From Syncephalis fuscata S228 (Eukaryota; Fungi; Zoopagomycota), in NCBI GenBank assembly GCA_025786725.1, contig JAHLTZ010000020.1, forward strand, positions 310,001-374,000: 64,000 nucleotides of DNA, read 5' to 3'. Both the position numbers and the translations under genes were made by a program. How positions within the stretch are numbered: position 1 is the stretch's first letter; each line of letters begins with the position of its first letter. This document shows, piece by piece, positions 12,372 to 26,908 of this stretch. The notes beneath the pieces are model-generated. The model worked only from the letters and a program-made list of their open reading frames with translations, made no database searches and was not told where the DNA came from.

Positions 12372-14868
12372 ATGCCGGCTCCATTCAGATTTAATCCGGA
12401 AGCACTTCCGGAATCGGAAGATGATATCAACTTTAGTGATTTGGAACAGGAATTCAACGTGCCCGAGTTGGAGTTCTGCTTCGACTCCATCGTCGTCGTT
12501 GACAACGTACCTGTGGTTGATGAAGCCAAAGAAAAGAAACTAGTTGGTGCCATTCAAAAGATCTTTAAAGGATGTGGCCGTATTCGCGACAACGGCATCC
12601 ACATGCCCATGACAGAGAAGGATGGCAAACAAGTCTCTAAAGGGTATGTACTACGTTGATATAGTCGGTAATGCTAGCATCGTTAACGAGATCTATGGTA
12701 ATAGATTTGTATTTATTGAATTTGAGACGCCAGAGATGGCCGATCTTGCTGTACGTCAAGTGAACAACTATCGCATGGACAAACAACACGTGCTCTCTGT
12801 GCATCACTTTGATGACGTTGACAAAGCCGCCAAAGTAGAAGATGAATTCCAAGAACCCGAAGAGGAGGAATTTGAAGAACGGGTAAGTTATTAATTAATA
12901 GTTACTAGTATATGTAATATAATTAAATAATACAATTGGCTAATTTATAGGAACATTTACGCGATTGGTTACTCGATCAACGTGCGCGTGATCAATTTGT
13001 AACTTACTATGGCGATGAGGTAGCCATTTCTTGGAACAACAAAAAGGATGATGCAGAACAAGTGTACAACCGTATGGTAAGCTATCTACTAATCGACACA
13101 TACATGCAAACAGATATATATTAATTGTTTATTTAAATAGAACTGGACAGAGACTTATGTACAATGGTCACCTCGTGGTACTTACTTGATTACTGTACAT
13201 CGTCAAGGTGTGGCATTATGGGGAGGTCGTAGCTGGAAGAAGATTATGCGATTCTTCCATCCAGGTGTTAAGCTAATTGACTTTTCGCCCAATGAACGTT
13301 ATATGGTAACCTGGAGCAATGAACCCATCCAATCAGGTGTACCCGGTTCACCATTCAGTGCAGACAGTGAAGGTCATCAAATTGTTATTTGGGATGTACT
13401 ATCTGGTGTATTATTGCGTACATTCCCTAGCAATCCTGATAAGAATGCCGAAGGTGGCCCAGCCAAGATTATGTGGCCAGCATTTAAATGGTCACCATCC
13501 AGTCGCTATTTTGCACGTCTTACACCCGGCCAAGGTATTTCAGTATATGAAACACCCGGTATGGGCCTAGTCGATAAGAAGAGTATCAAGATTGAGGGGG
13601 TACGCGACTTTGAATGGTCACCCGCCACCAGTGGCAATACAGATACTACTACCGGTACTGCCACTACCGGCAGTGAGGATAAGAAGCGGCCTAGAGATGA
13701 ATTACTCGCTTACTGGACACCTGAAGTGGGCAATCAGCCAGCCCGTGTCACACTAATGAATGTACCTAGTCGGGCTATTGTCCGTACTAAGAATATCTTC
13801 CAAGTGAGTGACTGTCGTCTACACTGGCACCCACAAGGCAGCTATCTATGTGTTAAAGTCGATAGACACACAAAGAGTAAAAAGTCGACCTTTTCCAACC
13901 TTGAACTGTTCCACACCAAGGAAAAGGGTATTCCAGTTGAAGTAGTTGAACTTAAAGAGATTGCTATTGCCTTCGCTTGGGAGCCACATGGTGATCGATT
14001 TGTTGTTATTACCACACTTGATCCAAATCTGCTACATATGAATGGACCAACTATTCCAGTCACCCCACGTACTAATGTGGCCTTTTACGGTGTGGAACAA
14101 GTAAAGGCTATTAAAGGCAAGGCTAAGAATAAGCAACCAGCGGCTGCTACTGCTGCCGGCCCTACTGAAGGCGGATTCCGTTGCATTAAACAGCTGGAGA
14201 AGAAGACTGCCAACGGTGTATTCTGGTCGCCTAAGGGCCGCCACGTTGTATTAATCACCCTGCGTTCTCAGACCTGCTGGGATATTGAATTCTGGGATAT
14301 GGATTTAGAAACAACGGCCAATTCCAAGGCTGGTGCCACCGATCCAGGTGCTACCGTGCAATTGATCGGTGCTCATGATCATTTCGGCGTGACCGATATC
14401 GAATGGGATCCAACTGGTCGCTATGTATTGACCAGTGCATCTAGCTGGCGCCATACCATGGAAAACGGCTATGCCATTTGGGATTTCCGGGGTGAATTAC
14501 TGCAAAAGCAAGTGGTCGACCGCTTTAAGCAGATTCTATGGCGTCCACGCCCTAAAACACTGTTGCCTGAGGAGCAACAGCGTAAGATTAGACGTAATCT
14601 TAAAGAGTACTCGAAAGAATTTGAACTTGAAGATCAGTTCTCGCAAACAGCCGCTTCACAAGCTGTTATCGAAGAACGTCGTCGTCTATTGCAAGAATGG
14701 AACGCGTGGCGCGATCGTGTTGAGAAGGAGTTAACCGAGGCCCGTGTATCTGCCGGTCAAGAACCAGACCATCATATGCCAGATGATGATGAATTCGAGA
14801 CAGTTGAAGAGCTTGTTGAAGAAGTCATTAGTGAGAAGGAAGAAGTTGTTAAAGATAAGAAGAAATAA
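12372..14868 (+). CDS. PRT1: Translation initiation factor eIF3 subunit b (4 exons)
   Basis: N-terminal RRM (IVVVDNVPVV...KG|FVFIEFETPEMA), NWTETYVQWSPRGTYL, WD-like repeats, WDPTGRYV, WRPRPKTLL, C-terminal EELVEEVISE. Introns about 12646-12704, 12883-12949, 13077-13140. Confidence 0.96.
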
Positions 14869-15230
14869 ACAATAAATAGTCTTTTTTATCATTTAATATA
14901 TAATAATTGTAATCACTTCAGTTTTATTCTACCAATAAACAATTCATCATAATAGAATGAAAGATAATAAATGAATGAATAAAATAAAAAGTAATAAACA
15001 AAATACGGCAATGAATAGAATCATAATAGCCATGATACCAGGTGTACGTATAGAAGGAGTGAAAGTGTAAAATAATATAGCAAATAAATCAGTATACTAT
15101 AAACAGTGCATGTCTACAGTATATGATAGATCAAGAATGAAAATGAAGCACAGATAGATAGATAGAGATATGAATAAAATAGATAGATAAATGGGTGATG
15201 GAAAGATAGCAAGCATTTTAAACTAGTTAC

Positions 15231-18200
15231 TTAAACAGTGTGACTATGACTATTACTATGGTCATGGTCATAGGTTTGTAACAAATCAGTATAATTACGA
15301 ATTAATGTATCAATACCGCGTAGATAGCCATGATCAGAACCTGGATAGGTAGGAGGGAATCTAACGGAATCTGGATCCTCTAATCGCCATTCAGGTGTAG
15401 TGGTATGGGCAAAATCAATAATACGTACAGTAATTTCCGTGTCAGCAGTAATAGCTGCATCATAAATAAGCAGTAAACTACTACCGTAAAGCCGAACACC
15501 ATCCATTTCGCGCACCAACTCGGCCAATTGTCTCAACTTCTGTAAGAGACGAGGTATTAATTGCACTTGTATACCCTCTCCATTATCTAGATAGTCCCGT
15601 AGCGCTTCACGGAATCCATCGGCATTAAGAGAGCGACCCACATACTTGTCAACGTATTTATACTGATGAGTGTCCATTTTATACACTTGTGTACCGCATA
15701 CGCGTACTCCCAATGATTTACTAGTGGAACGGGCACATTTACGTATTTGACTGGCCCGTTTCTCTGGTGTTGCCTCCACGCCATATTGCCGGGTACCCAT
15801 TTTAAGATCGAGTATACTTGGATGGCGCATATTATAGGTTAGATCTTCTAATAACAAGAATTGGTGCATTTTAGGCGGTGATGATTTACAGTTACCATGG
15901 TGTGACAACTGACGTGAACCACCATGTAATTTATTGGCTGTCAATTGATAACAATGCAATGACCATGGATTAGCCAAGGGAGATCGGCGAGAACCCATTG
16001 AACGAGATGTAGGCAGTCTTTCATTATTACTGCCACTATTACTATTGTTAGTATTGGTATGGCTATTGGTAGTGTTGGCATTACTAGTATTACTATGACC
16101 ATTTGAATCATTGGGCGATGATACAAGTGTAGATATTTTAGTATGATTATCGATTGTATGACCTTCAAATGTATGGCTATCATTACTATCGTCCTTGGTA
16201 GTCGTATCCACTTCATCAGTAGATGGTTTCAAGAAGGGAGTCGATGACATGGCCCGTTTCCAATATGCACTTTGATTATCTTTAAATAAACTATCACGTA
16301 ATCGTTGTTGTCTATTACGGAAATCATGAGATCGTTGGCGTGAATGGGCCATCGAATGCTGTCTAGCCGTCTTTGTTGTTGTGGCGCCCAATGATGAGGG
16401 CGGTGATAGTTGTTGAGATGATGTATTGGTGGAGGAATTACTTAATACTTCGTCAGGACTAGACATTGTTTGAAGTGCTGTACTCTCTTCTAGTTCGCCC
16501 TCTTCATCACTAAAGGTGGAAAACATACGCAATGATGATGGTCGAGCAGGTCTACACAAGGGTGATGTCGCCTCATTCTCTTCCCAGTTGTTAGTTGACT
16601 CGTTGTTCATAGCAAGTCCAGGTGAGCTTCTACAGGATTGATCGCCACTAAATTCAACTTGTGTCATATCTCTTGATTCACCTGATAGTGAATGTCGACG
16701 CGAATTGCATCTACTGCTCTTTGACTTGCGTAATCGTTCACGCCATGATCCAGGCGACAATGCTTCTCCAATAACAAGTTGCTGTAGTTGTAGATTAACA
16801 CTACGGGTATCGGTTGAATCGGTGGTGTCAGAGGCTGCTTCATCAGCACTAAGTGCCCATACATCTTCGTCTAGAGTGCCATGTTGACGCATCTTACGCA
16901 CTAACCAGGCCGGCAGAATATGCTGATTATGTTCAAATAGCAGTTCGGGGGTCGCTTCTTCCATATCACCCTGTAGTGTATAGGTAACGTTCAATACACC
17001 CAAATAACTAGGGGCAAATTCTAATAGTGCTGAATGCTTTAAAGCCATTAATTCATAAAATTGCTTTTCCCGCTTATTAAGTAGTTTACACACAGCACGT
17101 GATGAAAAGCGTAGAAACGATGAATGGCCACCCACTTGATTAGGAAATGGTGTCAATGGTAGAGACTTTAATCCATCAGGTCCAAATAATTCATCATCGC
17201 TATCACTATCAAATGCATCTCGTTCATCAATATCTGTATGAGTATCACTGGCCGCACCGTTATGGTTATTACTACTAGAATGATGACCGAGTTGCATTAA
17301 CGAAAATGATACATCACTGTCTACTGAACATGGACTAGATGGTTCATAAGATAAATGGCGTTCATTGTTGTTGTCATGGTCATAGTTGTATAGACGTACA
17401 GATGGGGATGGAGATAGAGTAGACAAGTGCTGTGTTGTTGTAGCATCTGTCTTAATGTCACTATTCAATGCAGACTCTGTAGGTAGAGTAAAGTTGATAC
17501 CTGACCAGTCAAGTGGAGGTGGTGACCGTGAATAGGATAGACTAGGCGATATATCATCAGTAGTAAATAGACCCGATTCATCATCAGATGTATGGCGGTG
17601 ACTGCCTTCACTATGGTTATCTTCTTTACTGTTAAGTATTTGCTGTTGTTGTTGTTGCTTTTGTTGCAATGATAACTGACCTGTATAACCACTAGCCATA
17701 TTGGATACTACTAGATTAGATAGGAATCCTGGTGCAGCTGGACAGCTTGAAGGATGAATAGATTCAATTAATCTGGCTGGAGATAGTGAATGAGTAGATA
17801 GTGGATTGATATTGCCGGTTGTTATCGTATCGATAACAGATGTAGTATCAGTAACCGTAGTAGTCGTAGTAGATGCAGTATTATTAGCAACGGTTAGAAT
17901 AGATGCCGTGGATACAGCACCTCCAGATGTAAACAACTTTTCTGTATGTTCTTCTGTTGATAATAGAGCACTATCTGGTTTTAATGTGGTATAGGCTAGT
18001 AGTGACGGCTGTTGTGGCTGTTCTTCTGGCTGTTGTTGTTGTTGCAGCATTTCTTGTCGTTCTGGCGTAATTGGTGGTGACATTTCTGCATAGTTTTGAG
18101 TGATAGATTGTACGTTGGTAGTAAGAATAGCTGTTATGTTAGCGGTAGAAAGCGCCCGGCGTGGCAACGCTAGACTTGACGGCAATGTCTGGGTTGGCGG

Positions 18201-18263
18201 TAGCTGTTGTTGTTGTTGTTGTTGTTGTTCAGATAGTGATACTGACGAAGATCGTGCCTGCAT
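15231..18263 (-). CDS. KCS1: Inositol hexakisphosphate kinase (Kcs1/IP6K family), intronless, low-complexity N-terminus
   Basis: 1010 aa ORF with [54 protein letters not shown] and IIDFAH IPK motifs; polyQ tracts. Confidence 0.92.
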   Translation of the reverse strand: MQARSSSVSLSEQQQQQQQQLPPTQTLPSSLALPRRALSTANITAILTTNVQSITQNYAEMSPPITPERQEMLQQQQQPEEQPQQPSLLAYTTLKPDSALLSTEEHTEKLFTSGGAVSTASILTVANNTASTTTTTVTDTTSVIDTITTGNINPLSTHSLSPARLIESIHPSSCPAAPGFLSNLVVSNMASGYTGQLSLQQKQQQQQQILNSKEDNHSEGSHRHTSDDESGLFTTDDISPSLSYSRSPPPLDWSGINFTLPTESALNSDIKTDATTTQHLSTLSPSPSVRLYNYDHDNNNERHLSYEPSSPCSVDSDVSFSLMQLGHHSSSNNHNGAASDTHTDIDERDAFDSDSDDELFGPDGLKSLPLTPFPNQVGGHSSFLRFSSRAVCKLLNKREKQFYELMALKHSALLEFAPSYLGVLNVTYTLQGDMEEATPELLFEHNQHILPAWLVRKMRQHGTLDEDVWALSADEAASDTTDSTDTRSVNLQLQQLVIGEALSPGSWRERLRKSKSSRCNSRRHSLSGESRDMTQVEFSGDQSCRSSPGLAMNNESTNNWEENEATSPLCRPARPSSLRMFSTFSDEEGELEESTALQTMSSPDEVLSNSSTNTSSQQLSPPSSLGATTTKTARQHSMAHSRQRSHDFRNRQQRLRDSLFKDNQSAYWKRAMSSTPFLKPSTDEVDTTTKDDSNDSHTFEGHTIDNHTKISTLVSSPNDSNGHSNTSNANTTNSHTNTNNSNSGSNNERLPTSRSMGSRRSPLANPWSLHCYQLTANKLHGGSRQLSHHGNCKSSPPKMHQFLLLEDLTYNMRHPSILDLKMGTRQYGVEATPEKRASQIRKCARSTSKSLGVRVCGTQVYKMDTHQYKYVDKYVGRSLNADGFREALRDYLDNGEGIQVQLIPRLLQKLRQLAELVREMDGVRLYGSSLLLIYDAAITADTEITVRIIDFAHTTTPEWRLEDPDSVRFPPTYPGSDHGYLRGIDTLIRNYTDLLQTYDHDHSNSHSHTV

Positions 18264-20530
18264 GCTGGTCGCTTATAACATATAACCCGTTTAGCCGATA
18301 TAATAAGACAATAAATCAAGTAGCTAATAAAGGGAAAGAAATAAAGAAAGAAAAGGTTAATATCAATATGAATGTAGACCAATCAGTATGCAAATTGTAA
18401 CAAACGTAAAACAACTAGATGCAGCGAGAATGAAAGGAAATAGAAAGCAAAAGCCTTTTGAGTGTAGAAAACGTGGCAATCAAATAGACAGTACAAAGGT
18501 GGGGTAATTGGAAGCAATAGAGAACGAAATATGCCAACGCTGTTGTTGTTATTGTTATAATCGAACGAATAGAAAGGAATAGTAGAAATACGAATAGATA
18601 CAAATCCACACATTCAAATTACCTAGGCACACACACACACAATACACACGTGGGCGTGAGACGAAAAGTGTAAAGGTCGGAAAAGATAGTCAAAGATAGA
18701 AAATCGATCTTGCTAAACAAGTTTTAGTGTATTAAAAGCTCGTTTAGTATCACTTATTTATCCACTCCACATACACACTTCCTCTTTCTTTTTCTCATAA
18801 AAGTATCTGTAGACACGTTGTTGGTGTGTTAATAGAACAAATAATAAATTGGAAAAGAAAATGGCAAATAACACAACAAATAGCGTAACAACGAGTAGAG
18901 AAGTGTATATTCAGTAGCAATAAAGGCATAGACACAGTAAGTGACGGGAGCCATAGCCAGTGCTTTTAAAGCTTGTTTGGCCAGTCTATGCGCGTATAGA
19001 CGGCGTTGTATACACTTGCTGTTCTGCAGACTACGTATTCGCTGTAGGTAGATGCAAGCAAAGGCAATATGCACCATGTAGGTATATAAAACTATACGTA
19101 TGGCTTGCTTGCCTATCTGTCTACACACACACGCAGCGTATATACCACACTCATTAGCAGTGATAGCATTTCTACGGCTTGGCAGTTGACACTGATGACG
19201 TTAGCTTTTCTATTCTGTATAGACACTGTGCGTATACACGGCCGTCATGGCAGCATCATAATAAATTCCCTTTATAAGCTATTTATCATTACTATTCTAT
19301 TCATGCGTTAATAGATATTATCATTGGTTGTTGAACCACGCGTAGACTTTACATCGTCTACACTAATGACTTGTTGTACATCGACCCATCTACTGAGTAG
19401 TCAAAGGCTATTTGTTCATTGAATGGACATTAACCGCATAAGTAATGGCACCATGTCAACACTACTGCTATGTTATATTGGCCATTACGTTTGACACATT
19501 ATACAAAAGTAAATAGATTACACAAACATGTGAACAACACAACAATAACAATCAATAACAACAATAACAATAACAACAAGACGGCAGTGCCAACTTGTTA
19601 AACGTGTAAAACACATTATTGTACGCATAATAAACATAAATAAAAAGCATCTTTGTGTTATAGTCTACAAATAAACAATAGAGTACATGCTATGTTTGTA
19701 CGCGCAATAATGATGGTTGTCTGGTTGGGTATAGCAGGATCATTGTAGTATCTATGCGTTAAAGGGTAGGTATATTCCGTGTAATCAAATAAAGGAGACA
19801 AACGTCAGAATACTAAATGTAAATGTACCTACCTTATAATCGTGGAGTGTGGTGATCATAGATTGGTAAAGAAATAACAACTAGATCTAGTAGAAGTAGA
19901 AGTAGAAGTAACGATAAACTAATGGGTTCACAAAGGAGAATAAAAGCAGTAAAGGTAGAAAGGGGAACTACAAACTCTCAAGGGGGCAAGACCTTGAAGC
20001 AATGGGAAAAGGCACAAATAGCGGAAAATTAAAAGCACGTGCTATTTATACCTGATGGCGTTGGAATTCGTTTATAGGTGATGATTTGGTGGTTATTATG
20101 GATACACCCATTCCATAGTCATCATGAGTATGTGTAGGTGCATACCATATACAGCAATGATAGAAAATGAGTCCTCTATTCATCTATGGTTGGCTATACT
20201 ATGTATAGCATTCATTACGTGGCATTCAAAAGTACACGTTTTGATCCTCTAATAGTGTCGGTTACCTATTGATTGGCATTGCGGGGTAGAATAGACAAAT
20301 GACTGGTGGTGTCGTTAATTTGTATGTAGTCATTTATTGAAACAGTGCTGCCATGACTGCCATATTCCAACCTGTATTTGTTATACAAAAGGTGGGCTTC
20401 ATTGGGTTTCACAGTGACATGTCGGTCATAAGTATATTAATCGATGGCTTGTAACGATCACGCCACCTGTTTGATCTCATTTACATTTACGTTTATTTGT
20501 ACTAATTTTATTGCTGCTGCTGCTGCTACG

Positions 20531-21726
20531 ATGCGTCAAATTGTATTCCAAAGTCGTGACCAAATTGTGGTTAAAGAGACCGATGATCCAGTGCCTACAG
20601 CCAATCAAGTGCTTATTTCAGTCGAAGCTGCAGGCGTTAACTTTGCCGATATTCTAGTAAGTTGTTACGTTGAACCAACGCTACACATGTGCATCGTTAA
20701 CCAGTATCTACATATTTATCTATTCATTATTCGTCTATCTATCCACCGTCTATTCATTTATTACTAGGCGCGCAGGGGGCTGTATCCCGATGCACCTGCC
20801 TTCCCCTGCGTCGTCGGTTACGAGATAGCCGGTCGTGTTATTGCTCTTGGTGAAGGCGTGGATCCCAGTTGGCAAGATGCTGAAGTAGTAGGCATTACAC
20901 GCTTTGGTGGCTATAGCGAGAAGGTAGCGGTGCCTATTGAACAGCTATGCCGTAAACCGGCTAGTATTTCCTTTGAAGAGGCGGCCTCTATTCCTGTGGC
21001 CTATATGACGGCCTGGATGTTACTTATCATCCAAGGTAGATATATACATATGTAATGTTGTTATTTATTAATCAATGATACTGTTTAGGCGGTTTACGTA
21101 AAAATGATACAGTGCTAATTCAAAATGCCGGTAGTGGCGTAGGTTTGGCAGCGATTGATATTGCCCGCCATGTAGGAGCACGCTCTATTGGTACGGCAAG
21201 CGAGCATAAGCACCAGTTTTTGACGGAACAACGTGGCCTTGACCATGCTATCGATTATCGCGAATCCACATGGCCAGTTCGTGTCAAGGAATTAACTGAT
21301 AATCGTGGCGTCGATCTAGTCATTGATCCACTGGGACCGGTTTCCTGGAAACAATCCTACGAGCTATTAGCGTTGGGCGGTCGTCTAGGCATTTACGGGG
21401 CCTCAGAGATTGCCGAGCATGGTCTAGCCTGGATATGGGCCTTGATGCGTTTTGTTTTACGCATGCCTAGCTATAAGCCTTTGCCGCTAATGGATAGTTG
21501 CCGGGGTGTTTACGGCACCAATCTGCTGCGTATGTTTAATGAACCACACCGGGCCAGCGACTGGCTATCTACTGTAGTTCAAGGAGTCGATGAAGGCTGG
21601 GTCCGGCCTCATGTTGATCGTACTTTTACTTTTGATGAGGCACAAGAAGCGCAAACGTACATTGAAGAGCGTAAAAGTACCGGTAAAGTTATTCTAGTAC
21701 CTGGTCCTGTTCGTCAACAAGAATAA
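20531..21726 (+). CDS. MDR-superfamily NAD(P)H quinone oxidoreductase, VAT-1-like (3 exons)
   Basis: AAGVNFADIL|ARRGLYPDAP..PCVVGYE, TRFGGYSE, VLIQNAGSGVGLAA, GVDLVIDPLG, RKSTGKVILVP. Introns about 20657-20767 and 21036-21088. Confidence 0.9.
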
Positions 21727-21737
21727 CAAGAATAATA

Positions 21738-22450
21738 AATGGTTGTCCATATAATTCTGGTAATGATACTATTAATCTATTGCTAAACATATTACAAATG
21801 ATGTTGCTATATTCTCAAATGTAAAACCAAAATATGTACAAGTAAAAGCATAAAGTACACATTTAATTATTTAATATACACTAGCAATTGTAACAGCTTA
21901 ATAGATGTTATTGTTTTTATTACAAAGCTTGATTTGCTTTTAATTCAATAAAAAATGGCATTGTTATAGCAATAGTAATAAAATGATGCAATACTGGCCA
22001 AGTAACCAAAGAAGGAAAAGAAATAGAAATAATGGTTTAATCAAATGTTTAATATCAATTTAATTATTATTAAATAACTTATAAAAATAGCTCAAATTAG
22101 CATATCTATAACAAACGTTGTAATTGTATAGATTCTGATATAAGCTAAATGAATTGGATTATAAAAGTCATTTTTATTATTATTGAGTAACAGTATTATG
22201 TAGTTATAATATTATTGAATAATAAAAGTTACAAAGCTAAATTGCCTGATGGGAAAAAGTTAATTACAATAAATGCAACAATTTTAATTTAAAACTTTGC
22301 TTATTTACGTAGTTTAGTTAATTGTAGCAATATTGACAGCAATGCCAATTGCATTTTATTTTTAAAAGACTTCTGACAATATACTTGTAGTAAATGCAAC
22401 TAAATAATTTTAAAAATTAAAACAAAAAACAGTCTATTTTTGAAAATTTA
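21738..22450 (+). mobile_element. 5'-truncated non-autonomous MULE derivative, copy C
   Basis: Matches 7619-8290 of copy A. Ends in TIR-like AAAACAGTCTATTTTTGAAAATTTA (reverse complement resembles GGAAAATTAGAAAAATAGACGG at 34731). Confidence 0.85.
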
Positions 22451-22563
22451 TCTACTATTAAATAGAACAATAAAATCTATATTTATTTACAAATCATATT
22501 GTAGTTTGTATTAGTTGTTTTTCTCTTTCAGTTTATTTTACTTACTTTTAACTCAATAGTATT

Positions 22564-23578
22564 ATGGCCATAACTACAAGTGAGGCCCAGACCAAGACAA
22601 AGCTAGATCATCTTTGGCGTTTATCTCATGCCATTGTAACTACTGCACCGCAACTCTCGGTGCATTACCAAGAGATCTTTCATAAAGTAGCCGCAACCGA
22701 TAATCAAACACTTGCCGAAGCTACCCAGCGTCGCTGTTGTTCACACTGCGGTGTCCCCCGTGTTCCTGGACATACCAGCCATACTTGGGTTATTAATCGC
22801 CAAACAGTAAAAGATCGCGGCAATTACAAAGTAAAAGTGTAGACAAACATAAAACGACAGATAATGACAAACACAACAACAACCAGCAATATCAACAAAA
22901 TGTAATGGCACTTTTTTATCCACACAAAATGGCGTTACGCCCATAGTAAAGCCATTGCCACTTCACTATGTAGGCCGTCCTATAGATCAACGTGCTAAGG
23001 GACAATCTATTCGGTTACATAGTGCACGCGATATTGACATATCATGTCTTGTCTGTGGTGGTACAACGCGATATGGCGGCTCTACTCGGTCAGAGTTGCA
23101 AAAAGTAAGCGCCAATACTCGCAAAATACAAATTAAAAAACGATCACGAAAACAGCGTCATCAATCAAATACCTCTAACATTAAAGCTCTAGCAACAACA
23201 AACCAACTATCGACAGATATTAATTTAGTAGCAACAATTCCACAAATAAATACACCCACTGAATTAAATACACCAGTAATGAACCCTCAAATTAACAGCA
23301 ATAAGCAAACAGTTAATAACAACAACAAAAAGAATGAAAGCAAGAAGGCTACGGCGATCAATCATAAAGCATCAAGTGCATTATTGGATGCAAATACCAA
23401 AAAGCAACAATCGTCTAATCAATTGGCCAAAACATCAACACAGATAAAAGATAAGAAAGCGAATAAAAAGCAGCACGCATTAAGTAAATTACTTGCTAAA
23501 GGCAAGCAGCAGCGCACGGATGACAATATCAAGAAAAACGTTAGTCTTAATGACTTTCTTATGGATTTTGAGCAATAA
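22564..23578 (+). CDS. RPR2: RNase P/MRP Rpr2/Rpp21/Snm1-like zinc-ribbon protein with basic tail (two apparent frameshifts at about 22800-22870)
   Basis: LDHLWRLSH...RRCCSHCGVPRVPG and ISCLVCGGTTRY give two CxxC pairs; Lys-rich tail ending SLNDFLMDFEQ. The two halves join through an open third frame if two A's are restored. Confidence 0.7.
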
Positions 23579-24063
23579 TGTTTTTATAATAAAATTACTT
23601 TATTGTATTTAACAAGTGTATAAAATCATTTTGTATTGAACACTGTGTAATAATAATGTGTAGTTCTAATATCAATCATAATACTAGTCATTTAGTGTGA
23701 TCTGTGTGATACTGTGTCATCCATTTTAACCAATTTATAACCATCATCACACACGCATGCACCTTTGACCACGTTAACTTCTCTTTCATCTTTCCTTCAT
23801 TCTTTCCCTTCTAGTAGCAACACTATTCTGGTATATAGGAGTGGCAGTATTGGGACCGTCATCTCATTACCTTTACTATTTCATTGACTTCTATTGACAC
23901 AGTTCAACTGAACCCCTTAACTTGTCTCAAAGAATTGCAGCTAGTTACGCATTACACGCTGCTGGGCACGGTTGATGCCAACAATTTTACGCAAACACCG
24001 TCTCTTCATAGCTCGTCTCCACCATCAGTTATTACAGTACTATTCTATCATTAGTTTGTTACT

Positions 24064-25198
24064 ATGGCCGACCGAAACGCTTTATTGAGTCAAATTCAAA
24101 GGGGTAAAGCGTTGAAAGCAACGGTTACTAACGATCGCTCTGCAGCACAGCTGACAGGAAGTAAGTGCTAAGCTAAGCCGTAAGCAATACTGCTTGCTCG
24201 TGTATTTATCTATCTATCGACACTAACGAATGTATATTGACGACTACTATTAGGTGTGGTGGGCGAGAGCGGTAGTGCTAAACCAGCCCGTGCTAAACCA
24301 CCAGCAGCGGTGGCATCTACTGCACAAAGTAGTGGTAGTGTGGTGCAGATACAGGTGCACCCGGACTAGGTGGATTATTTGCTGGTGGTATGCCAACACT
24401 AAAGCATAGAGGCGGTGTAGATACAGGACGAGGTATTAATGGCAATGGCCACACGAATAATACACAGTGTAAGTTAATTAGTTAACTAATAATAACATTT
24501 TACTTACTTAATAATAGCAACAGCAGCACCACCATTAGCGACAAAGCCTAAAATAGCTACTGCACCTGTATTACCAACTCGCCCATCACCATCATCAACA
24601 ACAACAGTGACATCACCACCATTACCGAACCGTCCTAGTGCAGCTGCACCACCGGCATTGCCGAGTCGAACACCACCAGCACTGCCTAATCGTAAACCAG
24701 CTGCACCGGTAGTACCACCACGTCAACCACCACCACGGCCTACATCGCGTAAACCACCACCCCCACCCCCACCAGCAACCCATAAACCATCAGCACCTAA
24801 TACAGCAGCTGCCAGTGCTCATCATGCACCGTCAGTCGCACCTCATAGTGCTACTATAGCACCACCTGCCCGTGGTCTACCTGCTGCACCACATAGTGCA
24901 CCACTACCTATCATTAAAGTGGCTAAAGTGGCAGTGGCACATCCACCTGCTGTTGAAGGCCGATGGACATTTCCTGAATGGAATGCATTGCCTAAACCAC
25001 GTGCTTACACACACACCGAGAAAAAAGACTATAAAAGCGATACACCCTGTGGTAATTATTTAATAATTGTATAAATGAATGGATACTAACTATATGGTTT
25101 ATTTAACAGCCTATCCATTGGATTTAAATGCATTAGCCGCACGGAATCCTCAACGACCACCACCACCACCACCATTTCATCATCATGTTCATCCATAG
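24064..25198 (+). CDS. VRP1: Verprolin/WIP actin-assembly protein (4 exons, one frameshift near 24340)
   Basis: WH2 MADRNALLSQIQRGKALKATVTNDRSA; second motif GLGGLFAGGMPTLKHRGG; polyproline core; C-terminal RWTFPEWNALPKPR WASP-binding segment. Confidence 0.85.
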
Positions 25199-25699
25199 CG
25201 TTTATCATTCATACTATTATCATTGTAGTAAGTACAACCAAATGTTTATATATATCTATATATCTGCATATTAATGAGAGTCTATTTAGGTTGGTCCATC
25301 TCCATACATCTATTCCTTGATTGCCCATCTTTTTAAACAATATTGACTGTAAAATGGAAAATATTTACACAATTGGTGTCAAAGTGTTCATTGTCAATGA
25401 TCTATTACATATTACGTATTACATATAACTATTATTACTATGGCTATAATACTAATTTCACTATTGCATATCAACATAATAACCATATAAACAAACAAAT
25501 ATGCGTGAGGAACAGAAAGAGATATACATTGGCCAATATATATACTAGATGACAATCATAACTCAATTAGCCCTGATTCATGGTCAATACATGTCGCGTC
25601 TCCTATGCAAGTTGTATAGTGCAATATGTTGGCGATAGTTGTTACTGTTATTGCTGTTGTTATTGCTGCTACAATGACCAACTGACTATAGCATTCAGT

Positions 25700-26908
25700 C
25701 TAGTCATCGACCATTTGGACCTCAGTTACCAGTGGATCTACAAGTGAGGATGGCGATGACAGATTTCTTGTACCTGTTGCTACATTCTCGTTAGTTGTTT
25801 TATTAGAGACTTCATTTGCTGTACTATCTTCCTCCTCTTCCTCTTCATCCTCTTCCTCCTCTTCATTTTGTTCTACTTTTGTATCAACAGATTTTTGATC
25901 TTCTGTTCCAGCTGCTACACCTTCTCCTACTGTTGGAGGTGCATCTTCATCCATGGGTTGGTCTTCTTGAGGATCGCCTTCTTCTTCAGTGGTCGTATCT
26001 TCGGTATCACTTTCATAGATACCACGCCATGTACGCAACCATCCCATATGCTGGCCTGCAGAACTACGTTCATTTACGGCAAATCCAAATATACGAGGTG
26101 TATATACTTGTGGGTGTGCTTTACCTGGCCAAGTAAAGCCGGTATACACCGAAAAGAATAGATGGGCAAATGTTGTACCGAAATAGGCACCTGTATATAC
26201 AAGTGAATGCATGCACTGTTAATAAGTAGCATATACATTTATGCTTAACTTACCATCGATATTTTGATGTCGAGCAGTGGGTGGATGATAGAGATCGCGA
26301 CAACTTGGACAATATAGACGGACAGTGTCAACACGTGGCATATCGGCTCGACTGCATGGCAACATGGGTGTCTGCATACAATAAACGCGGGGACACTCGC
26401 CGAACTGTACTTGGTCATATTTATGCATCTAGATGGGCTATTTATAAGTACACGGAATAGATGACATTCATCAATCACCATACCATAAGCTGCATGCCTT
26501 GTCGTGTTAAAATAAACCGTTGGTGAATAAGACCATAGAGTATAGCAGCTGATGCCTCCACTACAGGTGCATCTGCTTCATTGATCAACTCATCTTCTAT
26601 AAAAGGGTAGTGCAGCATATAGCCAGTTAGTCAATGCGCCAATCTAATACATCCAACTTACCCGGTTCAATATCGAGAATCATCTCTAATGCTTCACGGT
26701 AATAAGGCACCATGCTATTGAGGCCGGTCAAGTTGAAGTCATCTTCAATAAATTCCTCCTGTACTTCACAAAAGTAATCGTGTCCGGGTAGACTGCAGAA
26801 CCAAGTGATCCAGGAGACATCTTCAGAACCTGACTCGTCGCTGCCATCCCAAACATCTATTGAGTGGAGGGAAACCGGTTCATTGGTTAGCAATTCATTC
26901 ATTGCCAT
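25700..26908 (-). CDS. CKB1: Casein kinase II regulatory beta subunit (4 exons)
   Basis: [82 protein letters not shown]; acidic C-terminal tail. Confidence 0.95.

Noticed and set aside
24330-24370. Programmed ribosomal frameshifting in verprolin and other genes
   Set aside because: No shared slippery heptamer or downstream structure; single-base losses in short runs across unrelated genes fit consensus error better.
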